From positions 3,300 to 67,299 of the forward strand of contig JALVDV010000005.1 of NCBI GenBank assembly GCA_027008775.1: a stretch of 64,000 bases of DNA, in the 5' to 3' direction. The notes below the pieces were generated by a model that was given only the letters and a program-made list of their open reading frames with translations, searched no databases and was not told the DNA's origin. Source of the DNA: Candidatus Moraniibacteriota bacterium (GTDB taxonomy: Bacteria > Patescibacteriota > Minisyncoccia > Moranbacterales > DUUL01). A program made the position numbers and the translations under genes. Each line of letters starts with the position of its first letter. The first letter of the stretch is position 1. This document shows, in pieces, positions 1 through 12,300 of the stretch.

Positions 1-111
1 ATGGCAGCAAGAATCGCCGACATAACAACCAGACGTAAAATTTGTCCGGGAATCATTGATTTGATTATAAGCATAAAAGCAAGATTAATTATTAATATTT
101 TCCGGATTTAA
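1..111 (+). CDS. Possible 3' end of a plus-strand gene truncated by the window start (37 codons to TAA)
   Basis: Open frame from position 1 to TAA at 109-111; no recognisable motif; could be noise. Confidence 0.2.
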   Translation: MAARIADITTRRKICPGIIDLIISIKARLIINIFRI

Positions 112-623
112 AATAAATTTTTTAGTTTTCCGAAAATTGTTTTTCTATTTTTGTTTTTGTTTTTGTTTTTTATTTGTTAGCGGACTACAATATTTGATAA
201 ATTTTGTCTAAATACTCACTTGATCCGGTCCTGTTTTCAAGTAAGATTCTCAATTGATATCCAAATTTATTTTTATAAAAAATTATATTGATGATGCCAT
301 CTAGATTATCAACATGGTTTGATAAAAATACGTTTCCGCTCGTTTTTGTTTTGTTTTCTTGTAAAATTATCTGTTTCAAGTTTTATTATTTCGCGCAATT
401 AATAATGTATTTCCGCAATTCTTTTTTGTAGTTATAATTTTCCAATTACAGTTATTAATTTGCTAAATTTGTGTTGTGGTTTTCGTTGAATTGTTAAGTT
501 TTGTTTATCTTGACAGATGCGACTTTTTTCAGTATATCATAAAAATAAATTTTGACCAATTTTTCACATCAAATCATTTGAAATGAGACCGAAAGCTCTT
601 TTAATAAATCATTTAAATTAAAT

Positions 624-651
624 TAAAAAAACCCCGGAGCATTGCTCCGGG
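624..651 (-). terminator. Rho-independent terminator downstream of the pyrE-like gene
   Basis: Stem cccggagc/gctccggg (633-651), read on the minus strand it is followed by a U7 run (complement of A-run 624-630); sits right after the stop at 672-674. Confidence 0.6.
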
Positions 652-671
652 ATGTATTCTTGGCGGAACTT

Positions 672-1235
672 TTATAACAATTCCGCCAAGGTGAAAATTG
701 TGTTGAAGCTGTAACCAGCTTCAATGATTTTTTCTCTAGCCTCATTTTCCTGACGGTCAACGACCGTCAGGATTTTAGCAATGGTAAAGCCCGCTTCCTC
801 CAGGGCTGGCACTCCTATTTTTAAGAGGGTACCACCAGTGGTCAAAACGTCATCCACCAGGACAACGGAGGCTCTCTTCGGAACCGTTTCGGCTATCTCT
901 AGACGCCTATTGGTTCCGTATCCTTTCGGTGTCTTCCTGATGGCAACAACTGGCAAAGACCAGCCCCTGCCGTCGGCTATCAGACTGACGGCTGTAGCCA
1001 GGGGAATTCCCCCCAGTTCCACTCCCGCCACCGCCTGGGGCAGCGGGCCGGTGGAGGCCTCCAGTGTTAGGTGACAGAGTGCCTCGCCGATAAGGCGAGC
1101 GCCTCTGCCATCCAGCGCTACCTTCCTGACATCTACATAAATGTCAGAAATTTTACCCGAGGAGAGGGTGTGGCTTTCCCCCCTTCTCACTACTCTTTTT
1201 AGGATTTTCCTTAACCCATTCCTTCTTTCGTTCAA
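672..1235 (-). CDS. pyrE: Orotate phosphoribosyltransferase-like type I PRTase
   Basis: 187 aa; PRPP-binding loop VVLVDDVLTTGGTL, followed by VVDRQE typical of OPRTases; TTG start preceded by aaaggagg; gene is clearly more GC-rich than its surroundings. Confidence 0.65.
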   Translation of the reverse strand: MNERRNGLRKILKRVVRRGESHTLSSGKISDIYVDVRKVALDGRGARLIGEALCHLTLEASTGPLPQAVAGVELGGIPLATAVSLIADGRGWSLPVVAIRKTPKGYGTNRRLEIAETVPKRASVVLVDDVLTTGGTLLKIGVPALEEAGFTIAKILTVVDRQENEAREKIIEAGYSFNTIFTLAELL

Positions 1236-1339
1236 TTGAACAGCCTCCTTTTCATTTTTGCCGGGATATTAAATACCAGCACTAGTACCCCGACGATTAT
1301 CAGGTTTACTCCGTACCCAAAGTAACCATTAACTTTCAT
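1232..1339 (-). CDS. Tiny hydrophobic ORF (35 aa, MKVNGYFGYGVNLIIVGVLVLVFNIPAKMKRRLFN) whose TGA overlaps the pyrE TTG start (TTGA)
   Basis: ATG with ggagg RBS 7 nt upstream; single predicted TM helix; below ORF-track size cutoff; speculative. Confidence 0.2.
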   Translation of the reverse strand: MKVNGYFGYGVNLIIVGVLVLVFNIPAKMKRRLFN

Positions 1340-1427
1340 AACTTCCTCCTTTTTTGCTGAAAATGTACCAAACTACTTGTCATTATGCTCACAGTTTGTT
1401 CTGCAAGTCAAGACAAATTTTGATCCG

Positions 1428-3206
1428 CTATCTCCTTTGCGCTCTCTTGCGATCAATTTCCGTTAAATGTTTTTTACGTAAACGAACACTCTCGGGAGTG
1501 ATTTCCAAGTATTCATCCTCGCCCATAATTTCCAAACCCTTTTCAATATCCAATTCCATTGGCGGAGTTAATGAGATGGCGTCGTCTTTTCCACTGGCGC
1601 GCATATTGGTAAGCTGTTTTCCTTTAGTGGGGTTGACGGTCATTTCATCTCCTTTGGTAGTGTTGCCAATGACCTGTCCTTCATAAACATCAACGCCCGG
1701 ACCGATGTAAAGAGTGCCTCTGTTTTGCAGGTTGTCCAAAGCGTAACCCAAGGCTTTGCCGGTTACTCCGGAAATCATAGAACCGGTTTTCTTGCGAGCA
1801 ATTTCTCCGACGTAAGGTTTAAAATCCAAAAAACGACTGGAGAATATTCCCTTGCCTTTGGTATCAACAACAAATTCGTTACGATAACCCAAGATACCTC
1901 GGGTGGGAATTTCAAAAATCATTTTCACTTCGCCGTTCTCCGTTTTCATATCAACTAAAACCCCTTTGCGTTGTCCCAACTTCTCAATTATTGTTCCGGA
2001 AAATTCCTCCGGCACGGAAATGGTCACTTCTTCAAAGGGTTCCATTTTTTGCCCGTCCACTTCTTTGATAATGGCTTGCGGTTGCGAAACTTGGATTTCA
2101 AATCCCTCCCGGCGCATATTTTCCAATAAAACAGCAATGTGCAACTCCCCCCTACCACTGACGGCAAAAACTCCCGAATCCTTAAAATCAACTTTCAAAC
2201 CGACGTTAACCTCCAATTCTTTTTCCAGACGTTCTTTGATTTGCTGACTGGTGACAAATTCTCCTTCTTGGCCGGCAAAAGGAGAATCATTAACCAAAAA
2301 ATTCAAAGTAATGGTTGGTTCGTCCACGGTAATGGCCGGTAACGGTTCGGCCGTTTCTGCCTGACAGACGGTTTCACCAATGTCAATGTCGTCTATGCCG
2401 GCAATCATAACGATATCGCCGGCCTCCGACTCTTCAACTTCTTTTCGCTCCAGACCATCAAAAGTAAAAATTTTATTTATTTTTCCCGTTCTCGTTTCGC
2501 CTTGAGAATTTTTAACAAAAACCGGGCCTCGTTTGGCTGTGCCTTCGTAAACGCGGGCGATAGCCAAGCGTCCCAAAAAATTGTCATAAGCCAAAGAAAA
2601 TGGTTGCAGGCGGAAAGGAATTTCTTTGTCATTCCGAGCCGGTGGAACGGTTTCCAAAATTTTATCCAGAAGAGGGCTCATATCTTTTGATTCTTCCGTT
2701 GGCGTGTTTTTGGCGACGCCCTCTTTGGCAATGGTATAAACGGTTTCAAAATCAAGTTGTTCATCCGTGGCGCCCAAGTCCAGAAACAACTCGTAAATTT
2801 CTTCTTCCACTTCACCGAGACGAGCGGCCGGCTTATCAATTTTGTTGATTACCACCAAAGGTTTGTGTCCGATTTCCAAAGATTTCTTCAGGACAAATCT
2901 GGTTTGGGGCATTGGTCCTTCCTGAGCGTCAACCACCAAAATAACCGAATCAATGGCGCGCAAAACTCGTTCCACCTCCGAACCGAAATCAGCATGTCCC
3001 GGAGTGTCCACAATATTTATCTTTGTTCCTCGCCAATCAAGGGAAGCGTTTTTGGAATAGATGGTGATTCCTCGTTCTTGCTCCAAAGAATCGCTGTCCA
3101 TGGTGACATTCTCGGTTACTTTTTTGGTTTGCTTCATCAGGGCGTCGGTAATGGTGGTTTTACCGTGGTCAACGTGAGCGATAATGGCAATATTTCTGAT
3201 TTCCAT
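1428..3206 (-). CDS. typA: Translational GTPase TypA/BipA
   Basis: 592 aa; N-terminus MEIRNIAIIAHVDHGKTT (G1), DTPGHADF (G3), NKID (G4); EF-G-like domain arrangement. Confidence 0.92.
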   Translation of the reverse strand: MEIRNIAIIAHVDHGKTTITDALMKQTKKVTENVTMDSDSLEQERGITIYSKNASLDWRGTKINIVDTPGHADFGSEVERVLRAIDSVILVVDAQEGPMPQTRFVLKKSLEIGHKPLVVINKIDKPAARLGEVEEEIYELFLDLGATDEQLDFETVYTIAKEGVAKNTPTEESKDMSPLLDKILETVPPARNDKEIPFRLQPFSLAYDNFLGRLAIARVYEGTAKRGPVFVKNSQGETRTGKINKIFTFDGLERKEVEESEAGDIVMIAGIDDIDIGETVCQAETAEPLPAITVDEPTITLNFLVNDSPFAGQEGEFVTSQQIKERLEKELEVNVGLKVDFKDSGVFAVSGRGELHIAVLLENMRREGFEIQVSQPQAIIKEVDGQKMEPFEEVTISVPEEFSGTIIEKLGQRKGVLVDMKTENGEVKMIFEIPTRGILGYRNEFVVDTKGKGIFSSRFLDFKPYVGEIARKKTGSMISGVTGKALGYALDNLQNRGTLYIGPGVDVYEGQVIGNTTKGDEMTVNPTKGKQLTNMRASGKDDAISLTPPMELDIEKGLEIMGEDEYLEITPESVRLRKKHLTEIDRKRAQRR

Positions 3207-3373
3207 AAAATTTAAAAAATAATTTAAGAAAACAAAAAATTTAAGAAAACAAAAAGCCGCTCGGGCGACTTTTCTTTCAGTCTTTCTGATTTTACACCTT
3301 TAATTGCGGTTGTCAATTGTTATTGGTTTATTCTGTATTATTTTCAAATGATGCAATTTTTCCCACCGAAACC

Positions 3374-3967
3374 CTACTCCAACATCTTGTTGTAATAATA
3401 ACGAACATCTCTAATCCACTTGCCGGCGCCGGCGCTGGCCGGACCTCGGCAACGGCCACATTTCCAAATAACCATTTCCGGCGGGGTATCAATGCCTTTG
3501 GCGATTAAATCCTCAATTCTTTCGGCTACCGTTTCCACTGCATCAGCCGGGTCATCAAAACAAGTATGCCCGCCGGAACCCATCAACAAACGACGGCGAC
3601 GAAAACCCCAATAGTTGTAACATTCTTTGCCTTTGTATTTTGGCGTCCGTCGGCCCCAGTTACTTTCTTTCTTGGCAATGGCCACCAGAAAAGCGGCCAC
3701 TTGAGGATCCTGTTTGGCTATTTCCGCTGACATCTTTTGAATGGGATAGCCGGCAGTCAACTTGTCTATTTTTTCTTTTAAGGTCCAATTAATTTCCTTG
3801 GGCGGACCAAAATGACGCTGAATTTTGCGAGCCAATCTTTTCCACTCGTTACCCAGAAGAAGCATTCCGATTAAAAAAATAATAGTGAGCATTAAAAACA
3901 GTTTGAGGAAGTGCCGACGTTCTCGGAAAAGACTTTTTATTGAGGAAAAGTATTTTTTGTTTTTCAT
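3374..3967 (-). CDS. Membrane-anchored hypothetical protein; possible glucosaminidase/lysozyme-like motif (AIAKKESNWG)
   Basis: 197 aa; N-terminal TM helix; ESNWG resembles the catalytic ESGWG region of FlgJ-type glucosaminidases (weak). Confidence 0.45.
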   Translation of the reverse strand: MKNKKYFSSIKSLFRERRHFLKLFLMLTIIFLIGMLLLGNEWKRLARKIQRHFGPPKEINWTLKEKIDKLTAGYPIQKMSAEIAKQDPQVAAFLVAIAKKESNWGRRTPKYKGKECYNYWGFRRRRLLMGSGGHTCFDDPADAVETVAERIEDLIAKGIDTPPEMVIWKCGRCRGPASAGAGKWIRDVRYYYNKMLE

Positions 3968-4214
3968 TAGGAATCTTTTTAAATTTTGCTTGAAGGAAAA
4001 GTTTGAAGTTACAGTAATGATGACAAAAATTTCTTTGTCTTTGTCTTTGTCTTCAGTATATATTTGAAAGGTTGGAAAAGCAAATTATTGAGTGACGAAG
4101 TTGTTTAAAGTTTGATGATGAATAATTTTAAAATATTGCGCCAAATTGACTTTTGTTTTGAGCGATTTATACTGGGGAAAATGACAAATCTGTTATAATA
4201 GATTTTATATTTGG

Positions 4215-5171
4215 GTGGAAAAAATGAAAGAGAAAAATAATTTGAACCTAAAATTACACCTAGCGCCAATGTGCGGAATAACCGACAGGATCACTCGCAA
4301 AATCGCCAAAGAAAACGGTGCTGATGTTACTTGGAGTGAAATGGTTAGCAGTGAGGGTTTAATACGGCAGACTGGAGAAAACGGTAAGTCTTTATCGCTG
4401 GCGGAAAAATTTTCCGAAGAAGAAAAGCCCTATTGGGTGCAAATTTTCGGCAATAATCCGGATGTGATGGCCCGAGCGGCCGAGATTGTGGAGGAAAAAA
4501 TAAAGCCAAGTGGAATTGATATCAATTTGGGTTGTCCGGTACCAAAAGCCAAAAAAGCGGGCTACGGAGCGGTGCAAATAGCCGACATTCCGTCTGTGGT
4601 AAAAATTGTTAAGGCTATCAAGAAAAAAATTACCCTGCCTTTATCTCTGAAAACAAGACTGGGGCTGAGGGAGCCTGAGGAGATTTTGGCTTTTGCTCCC
4701 CGTTTAGAGAAGGCCGGTTTGGACCAACTGGTTGTTCACGCGCGCACCTTGACCGGCATGTTTTCCGCCGAACCGGATTGGCAAGTGGTTAAGAAATTAA
4801 AGGAAAAAATTTCCATTCCGATTGTTTACAACGGAGGAATAAACAGTCCGGAAAAAGCTTTGTTTTACCGGCAGAAGACCGGGTTGGATGATTTAATGAT
4901 TGGTCGGGGAGCGATTGGTCGGCCTTGGTTATTTGCCGAAATAAAACATTTTTTGAAAACGGGCGAGAAATTGAGCGTACCGTTAGTGAGAAAAAAAGAG
5001 ATTATTATCAAACAGGCCCGGATGATGGAGGAGAGCAAAGGCAGTCTTGTTTCTTTTCGCGGACAATTTTTGGCTTATCTGAAAGAATTGCGAGCGCCGA
5101 GAAAATTGCGAGTGGAAGCCAGTCAAATTAGGAGTTTGGCGGAAGTGAAAGGAGCTCTGGACAAAATTTAA
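4215..5171 (+). CDS. dus: tRNA-dihydrouridine synthase
   Basis: 318 aa; LAPMCGITDRITRKI (Dus FMN-binding LAPMxGxTD signature); TIM-barrel-length protein. Confidence 0.85.
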   Translation: MEKMKEKNNLNLKLHLAPMCGITDRITRKIAKENGADVTWSEMVSSEGLIRQTGENGKSLSLAEKFSEEEKPYWVQIFGNNPDVMARAAEIVEEKIKPSGIDINLGCPVPKAKKAGYGAVQIADIPSVVKIVKAIKKKITLPLSLKTRLGLREPEEILAFAPRLEKAGLDQLVVHARTLTGMFSAEPDWQVVKKLKEKISIPIVYNGGINSPEKALFYRQKTGLDDLMIGRGAIGRPWLFAEIKHFLKTGEKLSVPLVRKKEIIIKQARMMEESKGSLVSFRGQFLAYLKELRAPRKLRVEASQIRSLAEVKGALDKI

Positions 5172-5243
5172 ATTTTAGTTTAGAATTGGGAGATAGTTGG
5201 AGCGTTCTCCAAAATTTTTATTAATAGTTTAGAAAAAATTATT

Positions 5244-5501
5244 ATGGCCAATACCAAAGCGGCAAAGAAATACATCAGAACTTCCGCCAGAAAAAGAAAG
5301 TTGAATGATTTTTATCGCCGACGCTACCGACGTTTGGTGAAGAAAATAATGGACTTGTTGAAAGAGAAGAAAAACAAGGAAGCATTGAAATTGTACCCGG
5401 AAGCTCAGAAAGCCATTGACAAGGCGGTCAAACGGGGTGTAATTAAAAAGAACACCGGCGCTCGCAAGAAGTCATCTTTGATGAAAAAAATTCAAGCTTA
5501 G
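5244..5501 (+). CDS. rpsT: 30S ribosomal protein S20
   Basis: 85 aa; MANTKAAKKYIRTSARKR..., basic; S20 family signature. Confidence 0.85.
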   Translation: MANTKAAKKYIRTSARKRKLNDFYRRRYRRLVKKIMDLLKEKKNKEALKLYPEAQKAIDKAVKRGVIKKNTGARKKSSLMKKIQA

Positions 5502-5551
5502 GTCTTCCGTTTTTAGGTTTGGAATACTTTTCGCTTTAGTATTTTTCTGAG

Positions 5552-5576
5552 CCGTCCCTTGCCGGGGCGGTTTTGT
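5552..5576 (+). terminator. Rho-independent terminator of rpsT
   Basis: Stem ccgtccc/ggggcgg with ttgcc loop followed by TTTTGTG. Confidence 0.55.
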
Positions 5577-5611
5577 GTAAATGGTGCGACACGGACTGAA
5601 GCCAACAAAAA

Positions 5612-5636
5612 ATCGACCGAGCGGTCGATTTTTTGT
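5612..5636 (-). terminator. Bidirectional hairpin terminator downstream of rpoC
   Basis: atcgaccg/cggtcgat stem flanked by an A-run on one side and T6 on the other; 35 bp after the rpoC stop. Confidence 0.55.
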
Positions 5637-5669
5637 TGGCTTTTTAAATTACCAATTTAGGGACGGTTT

Positions 5670-8600
5670 TTATTGTTCACACTCCTCTTCGGCGGGAAAA
5701 CCGGTTCCGGCCGGAATCAATCTACCAATGATAACGTTTTCTTTGAGTCCGGTGAGATTATCAATTTTACCTTGAGTAGCGGCGTCAATAAGTACCTTGG
5801 TTGTTTCTTGGAAGGAAGCGGCGGAAAGGAAACTGTCCGTGGAAAGAGCCACTTTGGAAATTCCCATTACCAATCTTTCTCCCTTGGCTTCTTCTCCACC
5901 TTCTTTGGCCACTTTTTCATTGGCTTCCAAGAATTTTTCGTAGCTGACAATGTCGCCGGTGAGAAGCAAGGTGTCCCCGGGATCGGTGATTTGCACTCGG
6001 GAAATCATTTGTCGGACAATGATTTCAATATGTTTGTCATTAATTCCTTCTCCCTGTGTCTGGTAGATTTCTTGCACTTCTTTAATGATATATCTTTGTA
6101 AAGCGTCCCGACCGCTGATTTTGAACAACTTTTTAAGATCAAGGTGTCCCTCAGAAAGAACTTGTCCGGTAGTGACCAAGTCTCCTTTTTCCACTTTGGC
6201 ATTCATTACCGCCGGAATAACATATTCTTTGACATCACCTTTTTTGATTTTACCTTTTTTACCTTCGGTGTTTTTAGCCACTTTGATTATTTTTTGTTTC
6301 TTGTTGCTAACAATATCTTGAACCACTCCGTCAAATTCGGCAATAACGGCTTTGGTCTTCGGAGTTCTGACTTCAAAAATTTCATCAACACGAGGCAAAC
6401 CTTGGGTAATGTCGGCGCCGGCCACACCTCCGATGTGGAAAGTACGCATAGTTAACTGGGTGCCGGGTTCACCGATGGCTTGCGCAGCCACAATTCCCAC
6501 CGCTTCACCGAGATCAACCATTCTGCCCCGTCCCAAATCTTTGCCGTAACATTTTTGGCAAACACCGTCCTTGGTTAAACAACTGATAAGATTCCTGATC
6601 TTTATCTTTTCAACTTTTTCTTTCTCTATTTGCTCCGCTACCGGACCGGAAATCATTTCGCCTTTTTTGGCCAGGACTTTCTTGCCATCAGCGCTTTTAA
6701 CGTCTTCGGTCAAGACTCGCCCTTCTATACGGGAAGCAAAACTTTGCCCGACCTCATCGGAATCTTCTCGGTAAATATAGGCGCCCTCTGTGTCGCCACA
6801 ATCACATTCTCTAACAACGATATCTTGACTAACATCAACCAATCTTCGGGTAAGGTAACCGGCGGTGGCTGTTCTCAAGGCTGTGTCGGCCATACCTTTT
6901 CTAGCGCCGTGGGTGGAAATGAAGTATTCCAAAACATTGTAGCCTTCTTTCAACGACCCCTTGATAGGCAACTCAATGGTTTCTCCGGTCGGACCGGCCA
7001 CCAAACCTTTCATTCCGGACATCTGCACCACCACGGCGTGAGAACCGCGCGCTTTGGAATTTACCATGGCCGTTACCGGACCTTTGGGATCCATAACTTT
7101 TTTAACTTCCTCGGAAATGATGTTTTTGGTTTCATTCCAGATTTCCACGACTTTCACCTTTCTTTCCTGTTCGGTGAGAAGCCCTTGCTCATATTGTTTG
7201 TTAATTTCCCTGACTTGCTCTTCCGCTTTTTGGAAAATTTCTTCACGGGTTTTCGGAACCTGGAAGTCATCAATTCCCAAACTGATTCCCGATTTGGTTA
7301 CGTATTCAAAGCCAAGGGCTTTTAGTTTGTCAACAAAGATAGCCGTCTTCTCATTGTCTTCGTTTTCCAAAAATTTGGCAATGACTTCCTTCAGTTCAAC
7401 CTTGGTAATATCTTTATTGATAAATCTCAGTTTTTCGGAGAGGTTGTCGTTGAATATAACTCTACCGGCAGAAGTTTCAATCAGTTCTCCTTGCCAATTC
7501 ATCAAAACCTTTTCTTTTAGTTTGATAACCCCCATTTGGTAAGCGGTAATCACTTCCTCCATAGAGGCAAATTTTTTCGGTTCTTTATTCTCGTCGTCAT
7601 CAATAGTTGTCATATAGTAAATGCCGAGGACAATATCTTGGGAGGGAATGGTAATAGGGTCACCGCTGGATGGTTTAAGCAGATTAGTTTTGGAAAGCAT
7701 AATCTTTTCGCTTTCTTGACGAGCTTTGACAGTCAAAGGAACGTGGACAGCCATTTGGTCGCCGTCAAAGTCGGCATTGAAAGCGGCGCAAACCAAGGGG
7801 TGCAAACGAATGGCGCTACCCTCTATTAAAACGGGACGGAAAGCCTGAATAGAAAGTCGGTGCAGGGTGGGGGCGCGGTTTAGGAGAACATAATGTTCGT
7901 CAATAATTTGATCCAACATTTCGTAGGCCTCTTCCTGTTCGCTGTCAATCATACGACTGGCCGTTCTGATGTTGTGGGCGTATTCGTGAGCAATCAATTT
8001 GTTGATGATAAATGGTTTGAAGAGTTCCATAGCCATTTTTTTGGGAATACCACACTCGTCCAATTGCAGTTCCGGACCGACCACGATCACACTACGACCG
8101 GAGTAGTCAACTCTTTTTCCCAACAAATTTTGACGGAAGCGTCCTTGTTTTCCTTTAAGCATATCGGAGAGAGATTTCAAAGCGCGCCGTTGGCCGGTGG
8201 AAGCGGAAACCTGAGTTTGGTTGCGACGAGAACTGTTGTCTATCAAAGCATCCACCGCTTCTTGCAACATTCTTTTTTCATTGCGTTGAATAACTTCCGG
8301 CGCTTTTAATTCCATCAATTTTTTCAAACGATTGTTTCGGTTGATAATTCGTCGGTATAAGTCGTTCAAATCGGACGTGGCAAAATGACCGCCGTTCAAC
8401 TGAACCATCGGGCGAAGATCCGGCGGAATAACGGGGATGTTGGTTAACATCATCCATTCCGGTTTAATGCCGGCTTCCAAAAAACCGTTGAGAAGACGCA
8501 GTCTTTTAATCAATCTTTTCTTGTCAGCGCTTTTTGTTTTTTTAAGGCTTTCCCTGATTGCTTTGATTTCTTTTTTTAAATCAACTTTGGCCAACATTTC

Positions 8601-9269
8601 ATAAATGGCTTCGGCGCCAATCATCGCTTTGAATATTTGCCCACAAACCTTGGAAAGGTCATAATATTCTTGCTCGCTAAGAATTTGACCTTCGGCCAGT
8701 CTTTTGATGTTATTTCTTAAATCTTGAAATTTTTGTTTGATTTTAACTCGTTCTTTGGGACTTTTGCTGTTTTTAATGGCATTTTTCTCTTCTTTTTTCA
8801 GGTCCTTGAGAACTTCCTTTTTGGCTTCGGCATCAACTTCGGTGACTATGTAACTGGCAAAGTAGATTACTCTTTCCAATTGCTGGACAGACATGTTCAA
8901 AACCAAGCCAACGCGAGAAGGAACTCCTCGTAAAAACCAAATATGAGAAACGGGCACCGCTAAAGAAATGTGTCCCATTCTTTCCCGACGAACACTGGAC
9001 TTGGTAACCTCCACTCCACACTTATCACAAACAATGCCTTTGTGCTTGATTTTCTTGTATTTACCGCAATGACATTCCCAGTCTTTGGCCGGGCCGAATA
9101 TTTTTTCACAAAAAAGTCCGTCTTTTTCGTATTTCTGGGTACGGTAGTTGATGGTTTCCGGACGCAAAACTTCCCCGTGAGACCATTTCAAAATGTCCTC
9201 CGGTGAAGCAATTTTCAATTGAATAGCGTCAAAATCGGAAATACTGGCTATATTGTTTTTGGTTGGCAT
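5670..9269 (-). CDS. rpoC: DNA-directed RNA polymerase subunit beta'
   Basis: 1199 aa; zinc-binding CHCGKYK...CDKCGVEV, catalytic [15 protein letters not shown]. Confidence 0.97.
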   Translation of the reverse strand: MPTKNNIASISDFDAIQLKIASPEDILKWSHGEVLRPETINYRTQKYEKDGLFCEKIFGPAKDWECHCGKYKKIKHKGIVCDKCGVEVTKSSVRRERMGHISLAVPVSHIWFLRGVPSRVGLVLNMSVQQLERVIYFASYIVTEVDAEAKKEVLKDLKKEEKNAIKNSKSPKERVKIKQKFQDLRNNIKRLAEGQILSEQEYYDLSKVCGQIFKAMIGAEAIYEMLAKVDLKKEIKAIRESLKKTKSADKKRLIKRLRLLNGFLEAGIKPEWMMLTNIPVIPPDLRPMVQLNGGHFATSDLNDLYRRIINRNNRLKKLMELKAPEVIQRNEKRMLQEAVDALIDNSSRRNQTQVSASTGQRRALKSLSDMLKGKQGRFRQNLLGKRVDYSGRSVIVVGPELQLDECGIPKKMAMELFKPFIINKLIAHEYAHNIRTASRMIDSEQEEAYEMLDQIIDEHYVLLNRAPTLHRLSIQAFRPVLIEGSAIRLHPLVCAAFNADFDGDQMAVHVPLTVKARQESEKIMLSKTNLLKPSSGDPITIPSQDIVLGIYYMTTIDDDENKEPKKFASMEEVITAYQMGVIKLKEKVLMNWQGELIETSAGRVIFNDNLSEKLRFINKDITKVELKEVIAKFLENEDNEKTAIFVDKLKALGFEYVTKSGISLGIDDFQVPKTREEIFQKAEEQVREINKQYEQGLLTEQERKVKVVEIWNETKNIISEEVKKVMDPKGPVTAMVNSKARGSHAVVVQMSGMKGLVAGPTGETIELPIKGSLKEGYNVLEYFISTHGARKGMADTALRTATAGYLTRRLVDVSQDIVVRECDCGDTEGAYIYREDSDEVGQSFASRIEGRVLTEDVKSADGKKVLAKKGEMISGPVAEQIEKEKVEKIKIRNLISCLTKDGVCQKCYGKDLGRGRMVDLGEAVGIVAAQAIGEPGTQLTMRTFHIGGVAGADITQGLPRVDEIFEVRTPKTKAVIAEFDGVVQDIVSNKKQKIIKVAKNTEGKKGKIKKGDVKEYVIPAVMNAKVEKGDLVTTGQVLSEGHLDLKKLFKISGRDALQRYIIKEVQEIYQTQGEGINDKHIEIIVRQMISRVQITDPGDTLLLTGDIVSYEKFLEANEKVAKEGGEEAKGERLVMGISKVALSTDSFLSAASFQETTKVLIDAATQGKIDNLTGLKENVIIGRLIPAGTGFPAEEECEQ

Positions 9270-9347
9270 TGGTTGAGTTTTAAAAAATTATTTTATCAAA
9301 GTTGAATTTGTTTTGATTGATCCTTGAGAAATCTCTGTACGTTACTC

Positions 9348-12300
9348 CTAGTTATTTATCTCCATATTTCCCTCCAAATATTTTCCGTCTTTCAAGAATT
9401 TGACATCCAGCGCCAGAGCTTTCAATTCATTGACCAAGACATGGAAAGAGGCGGGAATACTCGGGGTTTGAATCGGTTCGCCCTTAATGATTGATTCGTA
9501 AGCCTTGGAGCGTCCCAAAACATCATCGGATTTGATGGTGAGCATTTCTTGCAAGGTGTAAGCGGCTCCGTGTCCTTCCAGAGCCCAAACCTCCATTTCC
9601 CCGAAACGCTGTCCGCCGAATTGAGCTTTACCACCCAAGGGTTGCTGAGTGATGAGAGAGTAAGGACCGATGGAACGAGTGTGAATTTTGTCTTCCACCA
9701 AGTGGTTTAGTTTCATTATGTACATATAACCAACCATGGTTTTTTCGGAGAAATGTTCACCGGTGCGACCATCGGTTAACTGAATCTTGCCATCTTCCGG
9801 CAGACCGGCTTTGCGAAGTTCTTCTTTTATCTGTTCGGAAGTTACTCCGTCCAAGGCCGGCGAAGCGGCTTTGTAACCGAGTTTGGCGGCGGCCCAACCG
9901 AGATGGGTTTCCAAAATCTGACCAAGATTCATACGAGAAGGGACACCCAAAGGTGTTAAAACAACATCAACGGGAGTGCCGTCGGGTAAGTAAGGCATAT
10001 CTTCCACAGCGGCAATTTTGGAGATAACACCTTTGTTTCCGTGACGACCAGCCAACTTGTCACCAACGGAAATTTTTCTTAGACGCGCCACAGAAACTTG
10101 AATTTGTTTAATAACTCCGGCCGGCAGTTTGTCCCCGTTTTCTCGGGAGAAAATTTTGATATCAACCACTTTTCCTCTCTTGCCGTGAGGCAAGTAAAGA
10201 GAAGTGTCTTTAACATCCTTTGATTTGTCGCCGAAAATAGCGCGTAACAATCTTTCTTCGGCGGTTAAGTCACCTTCACCTTTGAGGGTAATTTTTCCCA
10301 CCAAGATATCGCCGGAATTTACTTCGGCGCCAATTCTGATAATTCCCTCTTCATCCAAATTTTTCAGACGGTCATCGCCGATGTTGGGAATATCTCTGGT
10401 AACCGTTTCCGGTCCCAATTTGGTTTCTTGAACGTCAACAGAAAATTCGTCAATGTGAATGGAACTGTAAGAATCTCTTTCCACCACTTTTTCGGAAATA
10501 ATAATGGCGTCTTCATAATTGTAACCGCTCCAAGGCATAAAAGCCACCAACATATTTTGTCCCAAAGCCAATTCACCATGATCGGTGGAGGCTCCGTCAG
10601 CCAACAAATCTTTCTTTTTAACTTTCTGTCCCAGAGTTACGCGCGGAACTTGGTTAAGACTGGTAAAAGCGTTTGATTTGGCAAAAGTTTGCAAATTGTA
10701 AATTCTTTTACGACTTTTTCCTTTGCCGTCTCTTTCTTTGATAGTGATGTGATTGGCATCAACCTCAACCACCTCGCCGGCTTCTTTGGCCAGAACAACT
10801 TGTCCGGAATCGGCGGCCGCCTTGTCCTCTAAGCCGGTGCCAACCAAAGGCGCTTGCGGGCGAACACAAGAGACGGCCTGTCGTTGCATATTGGAACCCA
10901 TTAAAGCGCGGTTGGAGTCGTCGTGCTCTAAGAAGGGGATCAAAGCGGTAGCTACGGAAATACACTGCTTGGGAGAAACGTCAATATAATCCAAAAGCTT
11001 TGATTCAATAATGGACGGTTCGGTTTTTACTCGAGCCTCCACTACGTCTTGCACTATGTTATCGTGCTCATCAAGTTCAATGCCGGCGTGGGCAATATTT
11101 TTCTCACCTTCCACAACGGCATTAAGATATTCAATAGTGGAAGTAACAAACGGTTTGACTTTGATGGTGTCTTTAGCCGACTTTTTCAACTTGGCGATAT
11201 TTTTTTCATCAATTTTTTCACCTTTTTTCAAGAGAACCTTCTTATTTTTGTCTTTAACATTTTCTGCCAAAATTCTGCCCAAAGCGTTTTTGTCATCTTT
11301 GCCGATAGAATGTCCGATGAGACGATAAGGGGTTTCAATAAAGCCGTATTCATTTATTTTGGCATAACAAGCCAAATGTCCAACCAAACCGATATTTGGT
11401 CCTTCCGGAGTTTGGACCGGACAAATTCGGCCATAGTGAGAGGTATGTACGTCACGAACCTCAAAGCCGGCTCTTTCTCTGGTTAAACCGCCGGGACCCA
11501 TAGCGCTCAGACGTCTTTTGTGTTCCAACTCGGCCAGAGGATTGACCTGATCCATAAATTGGGACAATTGAGAAGATGAGAAAAATTCTTTAACAGCGGC
11601 CACCACCGGTCGGGAATTAATAAGTTGAGCGTGAGCGACGGTGTTGATGTCGCAAGAACTCATCTTATCTTTAATGTTGCGAGCCATACGCATCAAGCCG
11701 ACACGAATACGAGATTGAATCAATTCCCCCACTCCGCGCAAACGACGACTGCCCAGGTGGTCAATGTCATCCGGTTCGGCGTTGGGGTCATTGTTAAGAC
11801 GAATGATTTCTTGAACGATTTTAACCAATTCTTCCTTACCCAAAAGACGATTCTTTTTGTCTTTTTCGTCTTTATCCATGCCCAGGCGGAAATTCAATCG
11901 GTAACGACCGACTTTGCCAAAATCATAACGATCGTAGTCAAAGAAGACACTGTCAATCATTTGCTTGGCGTTTTCCACAGTGGCCAAATCACCCGGTCTA
12001 AATCTCTTGTAAATTTCTTTGTAAGCCTCCATTTCATTTTTGACCGGATCGCGCAACAAAGTTTCGGTGATATATTTGGTTTCACCGGTATCCACTTCGG
12101 CAAAAGCTTCTTTGATTTCTTTGTCTGTCTTTAAGCCGAAAACTCGCAAAAGAGAGGTGACCGGAATTTTTCGCTTGCGATCTATTCTTACCCAAATCAC
12201 TCCGCTGAGATCCGTTTCCATTTCCAACCAAGCGCCTCGGTTGGGAATAATTTTGGCGCCGAAAGTTCGCCGACCCTTGATGTATTCGGCGGTAAAGAAT

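Noticed and set aside
781-1074. 97-aa plus-strand ORF antisense to the pyrE-like gene
   Set aside because: Lies entirely within a well-supported minus-strand gene in a GC-rich stretch where long spurious antisense ORFs are expected
4036-4060. Microsatellite (tctttg)x4, and the tttttg-rich tract at about 140-175
   Set aside because: Short simple repeats in intergenic AT-rich DNA with no obvious coupling to a gene start; possible slippage sites but not supported further
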